This document shows, piece by piece, positions 12,481-26,147 of a stretch of DNA of 64,000 nt. The DNA lies in NCBI RefSeq assembly GCF_006345805.1, contig NC_042999.1, positions 76,012,001 through 76,076,000 of the forward strand, in the 5' to 3' direction. The number at the start of each line of letters is the position of its first letter. Position 1 is the stretch's first letter. Below the pieces are notes generated by a model. That model was not told the DNA's origin. It made no database searches and saw nothing but the letters and a program-made list of their open reading frames with translations. Position numbers and translations under genes: made by a program. This DNA comes from Octopus sinensis (Eukaryota).

Positions 12481-13487
12481 ATATTTGTAAATATTCAGGA
12501 CGAAGTGTAATAAGTTCGATCTCACCGTTCCATGAGCACCCCCCAGCTTTGCGACCAACTAATATAAAAGTGAGTGAATGCAAAACCTTCCCCTCTCCCT
12601 ATTTTCTCTCAACTATAATTTTCTTAGACTTAAAATATTCGTAAACAATGGCTTCTTAAAACAACTTAGGGACTTATATCCCACCTTTTAAAAGATAAGG
12701 AATACAGGTAAGCATGCCCTAAATTAACGATAAGTTGATATGTCAATATGAAGAAAGTGTGATGTAAGTGTTACTTTCTGTTTGTACCTAAGATCTGACA
12801 TTTATACTTTTCACTGTTTATGTAATTCATTTATTCAATTATTTGTTCAGTTATTTGCTGATTTCTTACCTTCTGAATTATTTTTCGTCCTTGATGCCAT
12901 ATATGTCGTTATCAGGGGGCCTTCGAACCCCCCGTCGGCCCCCGAGTTCTCGTGAAGGTGTATCCCAGCCAGAGTAGCGAACTGCAAGAAGGGAAGTAAG
13001 CCACTGGTTACTGGGTGGGGTTGAATCGGTGGCAGCCCGACGAGGCAAACATCTTCTGCTTGCAGACGTCAGACACTCATGTTCAATTCATACAGTGCCG
13101 ACTACATGTTGAAATTGCATATATATATTCTACTAAGCGTATGTGCACACCGAAGAACGTTAGAGATTGTTAAGTGACACACACATACACAGCTATAAAC
13201 ATGCATATAGCATTTTTTATTATGATTTTTTGTTAAGCTTTCTATTTACGATTCATGCTTGTAAACGTTTAAAGCAGAATTAGTATGATTAATAAAAGCA
13301 TTAGCTAATACGATTGACATATTGAAGACGCCATAAAGACACAATAAACAGAAGCAACTAATATCAGTGATATTTTCAGTAACATGGGCGTACGAAGAGC
13401 GTACAAGACAATACAGCATATATTAAATCTTTAGTGTGAAAACTTCTATAGTTATATATTTTCTCTGCTATTGTTGTCATCTATTTA

Positions 13488-13519
<32 letters not shown>

Positions 13520-14303
13520 AACACACACAAGACTTACCATATATATATATTATTTATGTATTTCATAAATACTTGAAAGCCACAATATATAATGAGTAGA
13601 CAACAAACTATCAAGAAGGTAAGCCAAAGCATATTTGTTTTATATCTACCACATTTATGTGCTAATACATAGACAAAACACAAAGGTAAGAGAAATATAA
13701 AATCCATTGACTCAACTTCGATATATTACTGTTACTTATTTTGTCAAAAATAGTAGGGTGAAAGGCAAAATGAATCGGGTTAGTAGATGAAAGGAGAGTC
13801 ACAATACTCCGCTGGTAATTGGCTTTTTTTTTGTTCTTGTGGGACGAAAGGCAATGGAAAATGCGCTGGTGTAAAAAATAATAGATATCGGAAAGTTCAA
13901 TCGATAGAAATCTGGACAAAATGCCTTACACAATTTTTGCTACTTTCCCTTTACTATCTGAGTTCAATTCCCCGTGGGAGGAAATTTAGCTTTCGTATTC
14001 TAGGATCTATACACTATAATGTTCGGGATCAATTTAATTGATCGTTCACACTGCTAGAAGTTGAGTAAGTAATAGTCGGGGCAGTATAATCGATTGAACT
14101 GACTATAATAAATGGATGATACTTATGCTATTTTTTGATTGGTTATTGATTGCAGAATCATTTGAACGCAGAACAGTTCTTTGTGTAACTAAACACATAA
14201 CAACATTTAGACTGGATGCTTATTGTTAATGCTACTTAAGTGCCTTAATAACGATTAATGAAAAATTATCATCATCATCATCATTATTATTATCATTATT
14301 ATT

Positions 14304-14348
<45 letters not shown>

Positions 14349-14559
14349 CATATACCTATTTAGGGAAAGGTGTTTAGATAATTCTTTGACAGCTAATTTG
14401 ATAACTGAAGTGGGCTAACCAGGGATGATACACAATTCAGTACGTGATGTAAATCCAGCCTACACTAGATTTGTGATGATGATGATCATCATCATCATCG
14501 TCATCGTCATCATCATCTTAATAACAAGAAGAAGAAGAAGAAGAAAGTATAAGCAGCAA

Positions 14560-14790
14560 CTAGGAAATGAGAGTGAAAATAGTGCATTAACTATAATAAA
14601 AAACGTAAACAGAAATATATTTAAAAAAAACATACCAGGACTTAAAATATCGTTTTATACAGTCTAATATATACCCATATTTGACATAATCCACATTCTA
14701 CGCAAGAATATCGATCCGCAGACCCAGCTCAAACACAGATTTTCAACATAAACTGTTAGCTAATAAAATAGCACAACTAATAGAGCGCAT
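14560..14790 (+). mobile_element. R4/Dong-type 3'-terminal fragment (degenerate)
   Basis: ALTIIK..KNIPGL...HILRKNI resembles the C-terminal GALGxI..IPG..AHILRK of the better copies nearby. Confidence 0.45.
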
Positions 14791-15149
14791 GTGTTCACAC
14801 AACAAACAAACGAAATGCTGAAGTAATACAAGAAACTAAACATACCCCAAAGAAAAAAAGTGAGAGAGAGAGAACAGACGTAACATACAAACATCACCCC
14901 GAAAGACAAATAATGCGAACAAACTAACGGGAAAATATCTTACATAGTTGCTCACGCAACTAGAAATAGCTGCCCAACACATTATACCATACAATCTTAG
15001 AAGTGAATCGCTTTCGTAACGTGGTTCTGGGATCTTTGCATATAGGGAGAAAGATGGGATACTCATGATAGGAATAATTTTGATAACAGGCTTCATTGAG
15101 TTCAACCACAACAACAACATGGTGATTCAATAAAATATTGCATGAAGCT

Positions 15150-15186
<37 letters not shown>

Positions 15187-15189
15187 TAA

Positions 15190-15326
15190 TCATTTCTAGT
15201 AAAGGCACAAGACCTGAAATTTGGGGGAAGAGGACTAGTCGATCATATCGACCCGAGTGTTTCACTGGTACTTAATTTATCGACACGAAAGGATAAACGG
15301 CAAAGTCGACCTCGGTGGAATTTCAA
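15190..15326 (-). mobile_element. SINE family A, 5'-truncated, parent-type tail
   Basis: Reverse complement has GAGGTCGACTTTGCC..ATCCTTTCG..CGATAAATTAAGTACCAGTGAAACAC..CTAGTCC..CAGGTCTTGTGCCTTTACTAGAAATG followed by (TTA)n. Confidence 0.85.
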
Positions 15327-15344
15327 CACAAACACCAACAATAA

Positions 15345-16012
15345 TAATTCACAGAGACAAATGATCATCTTGTTTCTAGATGTCCAGCCTTCGCTGAAAA
15401 GGAGTACCTCATAAAATATGACAGACTAGGGTAGTGCATCCACTGGAATGCTTGTAAATACTACAAAATTAAATCCCATGATAAGTGGTGCAGACACGAT
15501 CCAGAGGAAGTAGTAAATGGCGAGGGCATCACCACCCTTTGGAACTTCCCAATACAAACAGACAGAAACATTGACTCCAATCGGCCAAACATTGTGATCA
15601 AGGGCTACAACAAGGGAACTTGTCTCTTAATAGCTATGTATGTCCCACAAGATCAAAATGTCTCGAGAAAGCAATACGAAAAGTTTTCTCACAATAAAGG
15701 TCTCCAAATTGAAATCAGAAAAATGTGGAAGCTTAGTACTACGATTATACCAGTAGTAATTCATGCGTTGGGAATGATAAAGGAGGGAGCTGAGAAGAAT
15801 ATTAAGCAACTCCCTGGTAACTCCAATTTCCGTGAACTGCAAAAGATAACCTTGAAAGGTACAACACAGCCCATGTACTACGGAAAGTACTCTCCATTTA
15901 AAATAGAATAAATGTGGCGATAATTATTTTAGCATGCATAGCAAAACAAAAATGCCTTTGCTACTCTTGGCTTCAGGAGGATGCCCGGTACTAAGGCAGC
16001 TGAAATAAATAA
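15345..16012 (+). mobile_element. R4/Dong-type RLE-LINE 3' fragment (CCHC finger end + RLE + 3'UTR)
   Basis: ETNDHLVSRCP..HW..LWNFPIQTD..SNRPNIVIK..EIRKMWK..IIPVVIHALGMI..LQKITL; contains stops and frameshifts. Confidence 0.85.
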
Positions 16013-16014
16013 TG

Positions 16015-16556
16015 AAAGGAAACCATAAATGTGCGAAAAGTGGGGGGTGGTAGAGAGAGCCATGACGTGGTATGAGAACAAACCACAGAGAGCGGTAGAG
16101 TCGGAGACCAGCAAAAAAGTCAGGGATTTCCCAATCCAAACAGGTCAGGTGCTAGAGCATAACAGACTGGACCTAGTGGTGGTGGACAAGATGCACCATA
16201 TATACTGTATAGTTCAAGTTGAATGCTCCTTTAACCCACGAATAGTCAAGGAGAAAGACGGAAAGATAGATAAATACAACCATCTTAAGTATGGAATAGC
16301 CCGGCTATGGAAAATGAAGAAGGTGAAGTTAGTGCCAATTATTGTTGGGTCATTGGAAACAGTATCAGAAGACATCAAGGGAAATATAAAGGAAATTGGA
16401 ATAGATGCCCAGGACATCTGTTACAAAAGGTTTGCCTCATTAGCACGACCAGAATAATCAGGAAAGTATTAGATAGCAGAAAATAATGGATAGCATGGTA
16501 CCGTAGGCTGCAGGTAGCAAGCTCGCTACGCATGTAAGACTCCATGAAAAAGAGAA
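16015..16556 (+). mobile_element. R4/Dong-type RLE fragment ending in (TAA)n
   Basis: ORF 16029-16457: WYENKP..DFPIQT..HNRLDLVVVDK..KIDKY..LKYGIARLWKM..VPIIVGSL; 3' end abuts (TAA)n at 16557. Confidence 0.85.
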
Positions 16557-16597
16557 ATAATAATAATAATAATAATAATAACAACAATAATAATAAT

Positions 16598-17190
16598 TGA
16601 CATAGAAAAGTTATCGAAGGTGGTAGAGACTTTATAGAGCTAGAAAACTATTACAAAATAACCACCATATGACTACAGAAATACCTACTTCAGAAGCAAG
16701 GAAAGCCGATATAGATAGCCATAAAAACTGTTTTCATTCTTTAAGGAAGCTGTCAAATACAAAAAAGAAGTCATAGTACCTAACAACAACGAAGAAAAAG
16801 AAGAAACAACAGAAGCTGTAAAAAAAACTGAAATCCAAACTAAAACTGGTACAGCAACGCATTATTATATAACGATAGCAAGAAAACCCCGTAGATGGCA
16901 AATATTGAGTTAAGCTAAGCAGAAAAGAAATAGACAAAGCAAAATCCTAACAATGGCTGTGAAGCTCAGGACTGACAGCAGAGACTGAAGCATTTTTAAT
17001 TGCAGTACAAGATCGAAACCTTCCGACCAGAAATCACCAAAACCACGTAATCACCAAAACCAAGTAACTGCAGAATATGTGGTGATGGAGAAGAAACAAA
17101 AAATCATATTGTCTCTGGCTGCCCAATGCTGGCTAAGAAGGAACATATTTACAAACACGACAGTGTTGGGACACTGCTCTCTCACTCATT
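16598..17190 (+). mobile_element. R4/Dong-type fragment (RT C-terminal to zinc finger) between two (TAA)n tracts
   Basis: GLTAETEAFLIAVQD..CRICGDGEETKNHIVSGCPMLAKKEHIYKHD. Confidence 0.8.
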
Positions 17191-17200
17191 AATAATAATA

Positions 17201-17231
<31 letters not shown>

Positions 17232-17340
17232 AGATTTCAAATTTTGGCACAAGGCCAGCAATTTCGGGGGCAGGGAGTCCACTTCGTGGATCCCACTACT
17301 CGAAACTGGTACTTATTTTATCGACCTCGAAATCATTCAA
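17232..17340 (-). mobile_element. SINE family A 3' fragment (tail variant TGCTGGCCTTGTGCCAAAATTTGAAA)
   Basis: Reverse complement has CGATAAAATAAGTACCAGT..AAATTGCTGGCCTTGTGCCAAAATTTGAAATC then (TTA)n. Confidence 0.65.
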
Positions 17341-17683
17341 ATCGAAAGTATGTGGCATCTCGGAGCGATTACAATACCAGTGATGGTAGGAGCAGTAGTA
17401 ATAAGGAAAAAAAGGGAACTGGAAACTATATGAAAATGGTCCCTGGCTTGCCATCCATGCAAGATGTGCACAAAGATTCTTTTAACAGGTGCATCGTATG
17501 TATTCAGGTGTGCATTGTTGCTCTGAAAACGATAACCTTCCATGTAATTTTTTTTCTATATAACTTTGATTTTATAAATGAACAATCGGGTGTGCTTATT
17601 TTAATGGTGAATTACTTTGCATTAGATACCGTGAAGGCATTTGGCAAGAAATGGAAACAAAATTGAAGGAAATAGAAAAAGGC

Positions 17684-17722
<39 letters not shown>

Positions 17723-17723
17723 A

Positions 17724-17759
<36 letters not shown>

Positions 17760-17760
17760 A

Positions 17761-20700
17761 GAGACCACCACACACGGCGTAGATGGAACAAGCAAATTAA
17801 TGCTGTGGTCATGAAGTGTTACTACCTGAGCAACCCGGTAGATGAAAATGATGCTCAAATTAGGGGTTACCGACAACGTATGTATGATCATTGGAGGAAA
17901 TGGATTGTTTCAACTCACCGAACAGAGACTATGTGATCAAGCTAGGGCAATAAGGAAAGATCGTTGGGTCACAGAAGTAGAGCTCGAAGCTATCAAAAGA
18001 CGGGTCTTGGAAAATTGCAGCTGAGATAACATTAAAAATACAGTTCTTACTAATACAAGTAGTCTCATAGCATAGGAAAGGAGCAGTGGTAGTTTACTTG
18101 ATGAGAGACATGTAGAAGATCTAAAAGAAGACAATAAAGCTAATGGCGATATGACAGATGAACAAAAGGCAATCTATGACAGAATAAAGGCAAGACTACT
18201 GGAGAACGATAGCGACATTATTTGAAACCTTAAAAAGGTTGATCGGTGGAAATTGAACCAAGAAACGAAAAATGTCAATAAAATTCTGAGATACATCAGA
18301 ACAAACAACATCACAGAAACAAATCATTTGATCAAGGCAGCAAGAATTATTGTAGCAGGAAACGTGGGTGTTGATGACAAGAAAAAGAAATATGATAGAA
18401 GTGACAAAAGGAAAGAGCCATGGTGGAAAAGAAGAATACCGGCAGGGTTAGATATGCTCTCGAAGGAAATTTCTGTGTTAGACCGAAAAGAGAAAGGGGA
18501 GCTAAAAGCGAAGAAAAATACAGGGCACTGAAAAAGAAGTAAATTATTGAAAGAAAAGGCTTGAAAGTGGTAATGGAGGAACTGATATAGCGCCTTGTCG
18601 CAAAGAAAGCAGAGATGGTAAGATACGACCAAAGAATGAAGGGTTACCACCAGACTAAGTTTTTCAGAGTAGATCTATAAGGAAATAAATGGAGAGTGTA
18701 CAAATGAAAAGCTGATACCAGATAACAATGAAAGTCAGAGGTTTTGGAGAGACATGTGGAGCAAGGACAAGGAGCACATAAAGAATGCCGAATGGTTGCA
18801 AGAACTGAAACAAACAGTAGCCTGCCCCAAACAGGCAGAACTACTAATTCCAGCTAGGGAAGTGAAGGAAATCAGAAAAAATGAGAAACTGGAAGGCTCC
18901 GGGACCAGTTGCATTTCAAGGCTACTGGATCAAAAGATTTGATGAATGTCATGCACGAATAACTGCGCAACTCAACACCTTGTTAAATACCGACCAAGTA
19001 ACACCAGGGTGGTTGACATTGGGTACAACAGTACTGTGCTTGAAAGACATCGAAAAAGGCAATACGGTAGACAATTACAGGCCGATATCCTGTTTGCCAC
19101 TTATGAGGAAATTATTGAGTCCTGCCACATGAGCAGAAGGGTTGCAAGCGTAAGTGCAGGGGTACCAAGATTAACTCCTGATAGACAAAACTGTACTTAG
19201 AGACTGAAAGAGGAGGAAAAGTAACTATCGTAAGGTGTACGTTATGATCATATACTCTTGGATTATGGGGTGTATAAACCTATTTGGTATTGTATCGAAG
19301 TTGAGTGATTGCTTAGAAAAAGTATGGTGAATTGGAGGACGGACCTGACAGCATACGGAATAAGTATAGGGACAGTAGAAATAAGGAGGGACATCTTCCA
19401 AGGCACTGCTTTTCCCTACTGATCTTTGTACTGTGCTTGATACCACTAACGCTAATTCTAAGGAAAGCAAAAGCTGGATATGTATTCAAAAGCCACCAAC
19501 AAAAAATCAACCATTTGTTATCCATGGGTGACATCAACCTTTATGGAAAAGATGAAGCCCAAGTCAGTTTCTTCGTTGATACGGTGTATACTTCCAGTGC
19601 TGATATCAGAATAGAGTTTGGATTAAGAATGAGTGGTGTGTTAGTCTTGAAGAGAGGCAAAATCAAATGTATGGACGGGCTATCGATACCGTCGGGGAGG
19701 TTATGCAGCAGATAGAAGAGATGGGCTATAAGTACTTGGGGATTTTGGAAATGGATAAATTGATGGGGAAAGAAATGACAGAAAACTTTAAGGTGGAGTA
19801 CTTACGCAGATTGAGACTGATACTTAAGTTGAAATTAAGCGGACGGAATAATATTGAAGCTGTCAACACATAGGCGGTTTCACTCATTAGATATGGAGCA
19901 GGAGTAATTGCATGGACAGTAGATGAACTAAACAACTTAGACAGAAAGACAAGGAAGTTGCTAACTAGATATGGGACACTCCACTCAAAAAGTGACACAG
20001 ACAGACTGTATGTACCAAGAAAAAGGGGGATGCGAACACAGCATTAGAGTAGAAGAAAGCAACATAGCATGGAATGTGAAAAATGCCACAGAACCGCTTT
20101 TATTAGAAGGTCAGGCCTGTGTAGGATGAAAGATTGCAATGATAAAGCACTGCCCAATCAATTGAAAACGATTGAAACAGAAATTAGGTGGGTAAAAATG
20201 CATGGCCAATTTAATATGGATGCTGAAGATAAGACAGGCAGAGAAAAAAGATGGCTGTGGATGACTAGAAATGATTTAAAACAGGAAACGGAGGCTCTAA
20301 TCTGTGCTGCCTAAGAGCAAGCACTAACAACTAAATACATAAAATATAGAATAGACATCACACCAGTAAGTGATAAGCCATGTACGCCACTAGCCCAGAA
20401 GGAATATAAGAGACTCCACGAAATTGGACACTTTACAACAAGTATGGATTTAACAGAGCAAAAAATTGGTACGAACACAAACCCGAAGGCATCATCGAAA
20501 ATGATAATGCAAAGATCCTCTGGGATTTTATGATTTAGTGCGTGGATGAGATAGAGAATAGGAAGCCAGACATAGTCTTAATTGAGAAAGAAAGCAAACT
20601 ATGCTGGCGCATAGATATAGCATGCCCAGCTGGCAACAAGTTATGCAATAAGGAAGAAAGAAAAGTCGAGAGATATGACAGGTTAGCTTGGGAGGTTAAG

Positions 20701-20947
20701 CAGTTGTGGTCGATGAAAAAGATGGTAGTAGTACCAATAATAGTCGGAGCCCTGGAAACATGAGTAAAATCTTGAGAAGTACATGGAACAAATAGGGGCT
20801 GCAATAAGAGTAGAGAATTTGCAGAAAACAGCACTGCTTGGAACTGCTCGAATACTCCGGAAAGTGCTCGAAAAGTAAGAAGTGTTACCTTAGTAGTGAA
20901 CAGCTGATACCGTAGTACATCTCCAGCGTTAGAAGCTGTGCAAAGGC
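17761..20947 (+). mobile_element. Near full-length but decayed R4/Dong-type non-LTR retrotransposon (N-terminal domain, RT, RLE)
   Basis: N-term [36 protein letters not shown]; RT NWKAPGP, NYRPISCLP, IFQG..SLL, INHLLSMGD (decayed xMDD), YKYLGI; RLE RKPDIVLIEK..IDIACP..VPIIVGAL. Starts after a (TAA)n/(TTA)n tract and ends in AATAATAA. Confidence 0.92.
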
Positions 20948-21029
20948 AATAATAACTTTATACAATTACATAAAAATAAAGCTATAGGCATCAAATGCGC
21001 AGCTGTCCCAGAAATAATTATTTAGTTAT

Positions 21030-22345
21030 ATTCTCAACTACTGAATTAGCAAAAGATATACAAGAAAATAGAAAAATATGATTTATATCAGCCACAATAC
21101 GAAGAGATTATATTTACGACATATACCGGGTAAAATTGATGATGAGGCTTCTGAAACTAGACAATTAATAAAAAAAATATCTACTGTAGCACTAGAAAAG
21201 GCGCCCAGTAAAGAATGATTAATATAAATATCTAAGGAGTATGAAGAAAAGAAAAAAAAACACCTTAAGGAAGATGAAAATATAGACTGATGAAGTAGAC
21301 ATTTGTGATGTGAAACAAAATAAATTGTTAGAAAAAACAAATAACTATGGTGAAAGTAGAGCAATAGAATGCCATGCTAACATGATGAAAAGCGCTCCTA
21401 TATGACCAATATCTAGGAGGGGGTGGCTGTATAAAATTTAAGTAGAGAAATATTTCAGAATCGGCTGAGTAGCGCAACGCTCAAAATGAATGACCAAATC
21501 ATTTGCACTAGAGACAACTAAAAGTATTTAATGAAACAGAATGCAATAAACAGGAAATAATAAAGTAGATATCAACATACTTAATATAGTAAGCTATGAA
21601 ATTTTAATTAAGTCCACTTCAACTGTCGTGATGAGAAGAAGACACTATATTAATAATCAAATCCAGACACCCGGATTTTGAATTAAGATTAAATTGAAAT
21701 AATCAACATTGGAGAGTGAAATAACTCTGGACATGTTCTGACATTATTAGACTTAGTAACAGTCTATGTTTGCTAAATCTTAGACTACTTATGAAATATA
21801 GAGGATTAGAATTAATTGAAAATAGAATGCGGGGGGGGGATTTTTATCAATGTCTGAACATATGGAAGTTGAAAGAAAGAATTAACGCATTGTTTGTAGT
21901 TCTCTTATAATTAGCAAACGAGAATACTCTGCTGGAATTATCACAGCTGGGAACTTCATCCATGAAAATCACACCAGCATTATAAAATTCTGACAGTCTG
22001 TTCATCGTATAAACAAATAATAGAAAGATGATCATACTCTGGGATATGGCAATCAATAGATATGGAGATTAAAGAAAACCCGTAGAATATTATCAAGAAC
22101 TACTGGGAAAAGAAATACATCCTCATCGGATCTTTCTCAATAGACAATAGTATATTACAGACAGTAATAGAGAAATTAGCCAGATGCAAAGATTTAGAAA
22201 CAGAGATAACCAGAATGTTTGGATTTTATACAAAAACATACCTTATCATAGTATTTGGTTAGAAGATTTGGAAATGATTTAAAGAAGGCGGAGAAATATA
22301 TTTGCCTTTACATTCCAGAAACCTAACATTCCGGGAAAGGAAGAT
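21030..22345 (+). mobile_element. Older, heavily decayed R4/Dong-type copy
   Basis: Patches only, e.g. EKLARCKDLETEITRMFG..KTYLII (22170-22260, RLE); A-rich with many stops. Confidence 0.5.
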
Positions 22346-22352
22346 ACCGAAC

Positions 22353-22545
22353 TTAAAACTACAGTAAGAGTCGATTTGGATGATCATAACCTTAAGACTG
22401 TGCCACAGCATGGTAACTGTTAGATGACACCAAAATTAAAACTACAGTAAGAGTCGAATTGGATGATTAAAACCTTAAGACTGTGCTACAGCATGGCCAC
22501 TGTTAGATGACTGAAACACCTAAAAAGGTTAAAGAATAAAAAAAG
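22353..22545 (+). repeat. 83-bp tandem duplication of a family-B SINE 3' end
   Basis: TTAAAACTACAGTAAGAGTCGA.TTGGATGAT..AACCTTAAGACTGTGC.ACAGCATGG..ACTGTTAGATGAC at 22353 and 22436; the second copy continues TGAAACACCTAAAAAG like the SINE tail at 54630-54697. Confidence 0.8.
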
Positions 22546-23577
22546 ATAAGTTTTACACAGTCTCTGCTACATATAATGTAACTCAAACAACAGACAATCG
22601 TCACCAACAACACTAAGTAAAACATGTACGCAAATTACTCACCAATCAATATAACTGACACTTTTGTAGTACTGCAATCCAATTAAACATAAAAATATAA
22701 CTTTAAGAAACACCACAATGTCCACAACAAAGTAGAGTTGGTGTAACATTAATATGACCCCAAAGCAAGTGATTTAATCTACCTCGGTAGTATTCGACAT
22801 CCAGATTAACTTCGCGAAATTAACTTCACGAAATGTAAGACATAAGCTCCGGACTAGCTGAGAAGAAAGTATTGATTATAGAATTGGAAAATTGAGTCGA
22901 AGCCATTTCATTTCACCTAATATTTCCAAATCGGAGATGATTTCAATACACCCCTTTACAGAAATTAATTTTTGCTTTTGCTACAACAGATCTATTGATA
23001 TTGGGAGTGACTTATATATCACATCAAAATTTCCAACAGGGTATAACTAGAATCCTTTCAGAACCTAAATTGGGTAGGGACACGTTTTGATTTATTCCTA
23101 CTGAGTCTTAATTCACAAATACCATTGAAGAATTTATGAAACCAATAGAGTCTCATTTCCTATTCAATATAAAAATTGACACCTTTTGGCAAAGAAATAA
23201 AACAAAATTTCATATAAATATATCACAAATAGGAAAAGAATAAAACATTGTTATAAAAGGAAAAATTGTGTATCTTTCTAACAATGTCTCAGATTCACAA
23301 TTATTGTAATTCCAAGATGGTAATTACATGACAAATAATACCCAGTTATTAGTGATTGAGAGAATAGTAATAATCGAAACAGTGTTACACTCAAATTGAG
23401 AGAAATTGAATAATTAGTTCGTATTGTTAAAAACAGTAGGAATTGTTCCGATTTGGGTATAATTCATTTCGTTACATATTGTTTTTTACGAAACGAACAG
23501 AAAACGAAAAGAGGAAGAAAGAAAAGAACTGATACTGCCAGAAGTTAGACTCGCATCTTTTCCTACGCACACATCTA

Positions 23578-23621
<44 letters not shown>

Positions 23622-23763
23622 GTGCATGTGTGTGAGACGTGCGTGTGTGCACGCGCATGTGGGTGAGTACATATTTATAATACGTGTGTTTATATATATA
23701 TGTGTGTGTATTTATATGTATATACGTATATATGTATGTATATTTGTATGAATATATATGTAG

Positions 23764-23809
<46 letters not shown>

Positions 23810-25544
23810 ATATACATCTCTCTCTATATATAATGTGTAGCTATATATATATATATATACACATATATATACACATCTCTCTCTATATATATTTATATGT
23901 ATTTTTATATATTCATATATATGTATATATATATATATATTATGTATATGATTTTTTTCAATGTACATATGTCTGAGGATACATGTCTTTACTTGCCAAT
24001 TTTTGTGGTGTGTTTCTTTATATGTATATGAGGTGTGTTTGTGTGTGTGTGAGTGTTTGCGAATGTATATGTCTACGAAATATTGCGTGATACCGTTATT
24101 TAAGTAGTATGAATCAGTCATGTTTAGCAACCTTATTGAATTATTCAACGAAATATCTTACTCTTTTTGAAAAAAATACAACAAAAATAGCAGGAATAAT
24201 TGAATGTTGCTGGCGATTCTAGATCTTCTAGATCTTTCTTCTGATAGGTATGGAATTTAGTTTATGGATTAGCTATCTGATATTGTCTGATAAATGATTA
24301 ATGACCCTCTTCCCGACATTTTTTATCGTTTGTGGAATCGGAGAGTTCTTGATAGTGGAATCGGGAAAAAATGGTCAGAATAATGTCTGCATAGTGAATG
24401 CTTCTCATCAAGTCTCTGGTCATGGTGCTCACTCTTTAGCTAAATCTGAATAGCTGTAAAGAGGTCCTAAGAATTCATACATGCAGAAACTTTTCATCGT
24501 GAATAACAGTCTTAACGCATTGCAAATCGTACCCTTTCATGAGTCCGAAGACCATGATTTATAGGAAATTTTATAGAGAGGTATAGTGGAAGTAAAGTAT
24601 CACTGTTTACTGTTCCCTTGTTTCCACAACGACTAATCAAAAAGCTAATTCAAACTGGGTGGGATTTAAAACGTAATTAAAGACGACTGCCAGCAAACAC
24701 ATTCCAAGATACAATCGGCATTGTACAATCTCTACCAGTTCAGTAACATCTGATAGTATTATATGAGGACACGTGTGTGGGCAGCTCAGAGTAATAAGAC
24801 ACCCATTTGTGTCATAGCGTTAGAAAAAGAAGAAATCTAAGCTGTGTGTGTATACGTGTGTTTATAGATAGTCCTCAGTAGTTACAAACACTACACGAAC
24901 GCACATACATTCACGTATATACAAACATTCTCTTCTTTTACTTGATTTAGTAGATTACAGCTATAGGCTTCATCAGCATATGTTTACACATTATTATACA
25001 TATATACCTCGATACATGCATACATATATACAAAAATATAGATACAAGCCATCGATGGAAATGGCACAATACCTAAAGCTTTCAAAAAGTTTAACATATA
25101 AGCATTTATGCACATGTCTAGACTTGAAAATTTATGTATGAATATACATACTTACGACAAAAGATATAGATTTGCACATATATTAAGACCCAATGCTTGC
25201 ACACATCACACAACCACGCATAAGTACCCTGCTGCTGTTGAATTCCAGTGACGGAGCCTGGGATCTAAGTTACAAACCGGCATTTTCTCCATTGGCAAGA
25301 ATTCTAGAAATTGAGCTTAACACAAACACGCATGCTAGCTGACAAGGCGTTTGTGAGATAATGTTTTAAGGGTTTGCAGCTAGGCACGAAATATTTAAAC
25401 AATTTTATTAGAATATTATAATTATACATGTAACGGGTACTTTACACCAAAGACAAAATTACGTACGAGATAGTACACGCATAGAAAAACACATAAAGGC
25501 AATAATAATAATTATTATTATTATTATTATATTACTATCATCGA

Positions 25545-26089
25545 ATGAGGGAGGACTGCATGCCATGAAAGTGACACTGGGGTAAAATATACGAAGCCTA
25601 GTATACCCATCATGACTACCAGTCTGATAAGGGAATACCAGGCAGATGCATCACAACCATATGTGCGCGACATGGTAATCTCATATCAAGATAAACAGCG
25701 CATGATCTTGCAGGTAGAGCTCAATTAGAATTTTCTTCAGGCCGAATAGCCCATCTCACTCAAAAGGTCCCTGAATAAGGATTGTTTAAGAATGCTCAAC
25801 GAAACACCCATGTTTCCAGAGGGGAATTATTCAAACCTCAAAGAATTACTCTCAACACATGGCTATGATGCTCCCACACTACTTCTGCTTGTGATCAGAG
25901 ATGCACATATCGTCAGCCACTAAGGGACATGCTCAACTGGTTATGGTCAAGCCAGTGACAAATAAATCTGTAGTATTGAGTACAATATTTGATGTAGCAC
26001 ATTTTTTTTTTATACCAAGACAAAACATATACATGATAACACTTCCAATCAGTTGAGGTCAGAATCTATGAGAACCATTGCTTGGTACG

Positions 26090-26092
<3 letters not shown>
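25545..26092. repeat. Unclassified ~550-bp non-coding module bracketed by (TTA)n tracts
   Basis: Complex-sequence block with sharp microsatellite borders and no ORF. I recall it as a common octopus interspersed repeat; not verifiable here. Confidence 0.45.

Positions 26093-26147
<55 letters not shown>

Noticed and set aside
12905-13085. GC-rich island with a GGGGGCC/GGCCCCC stem as an HDV-like ribozyme
   Set aside because: P1 and a GCGAA motif are present, but I could not build a nested P2/P3/L3 (UYCHCG) pseudoknot on either strand; left unexplained.
21287-21330. CTGATGA...GAAAC as a hammerhead
   Set aside because: No stem II next to the core and no stem I; it lies within a decayed R4/Dong coding fossil.
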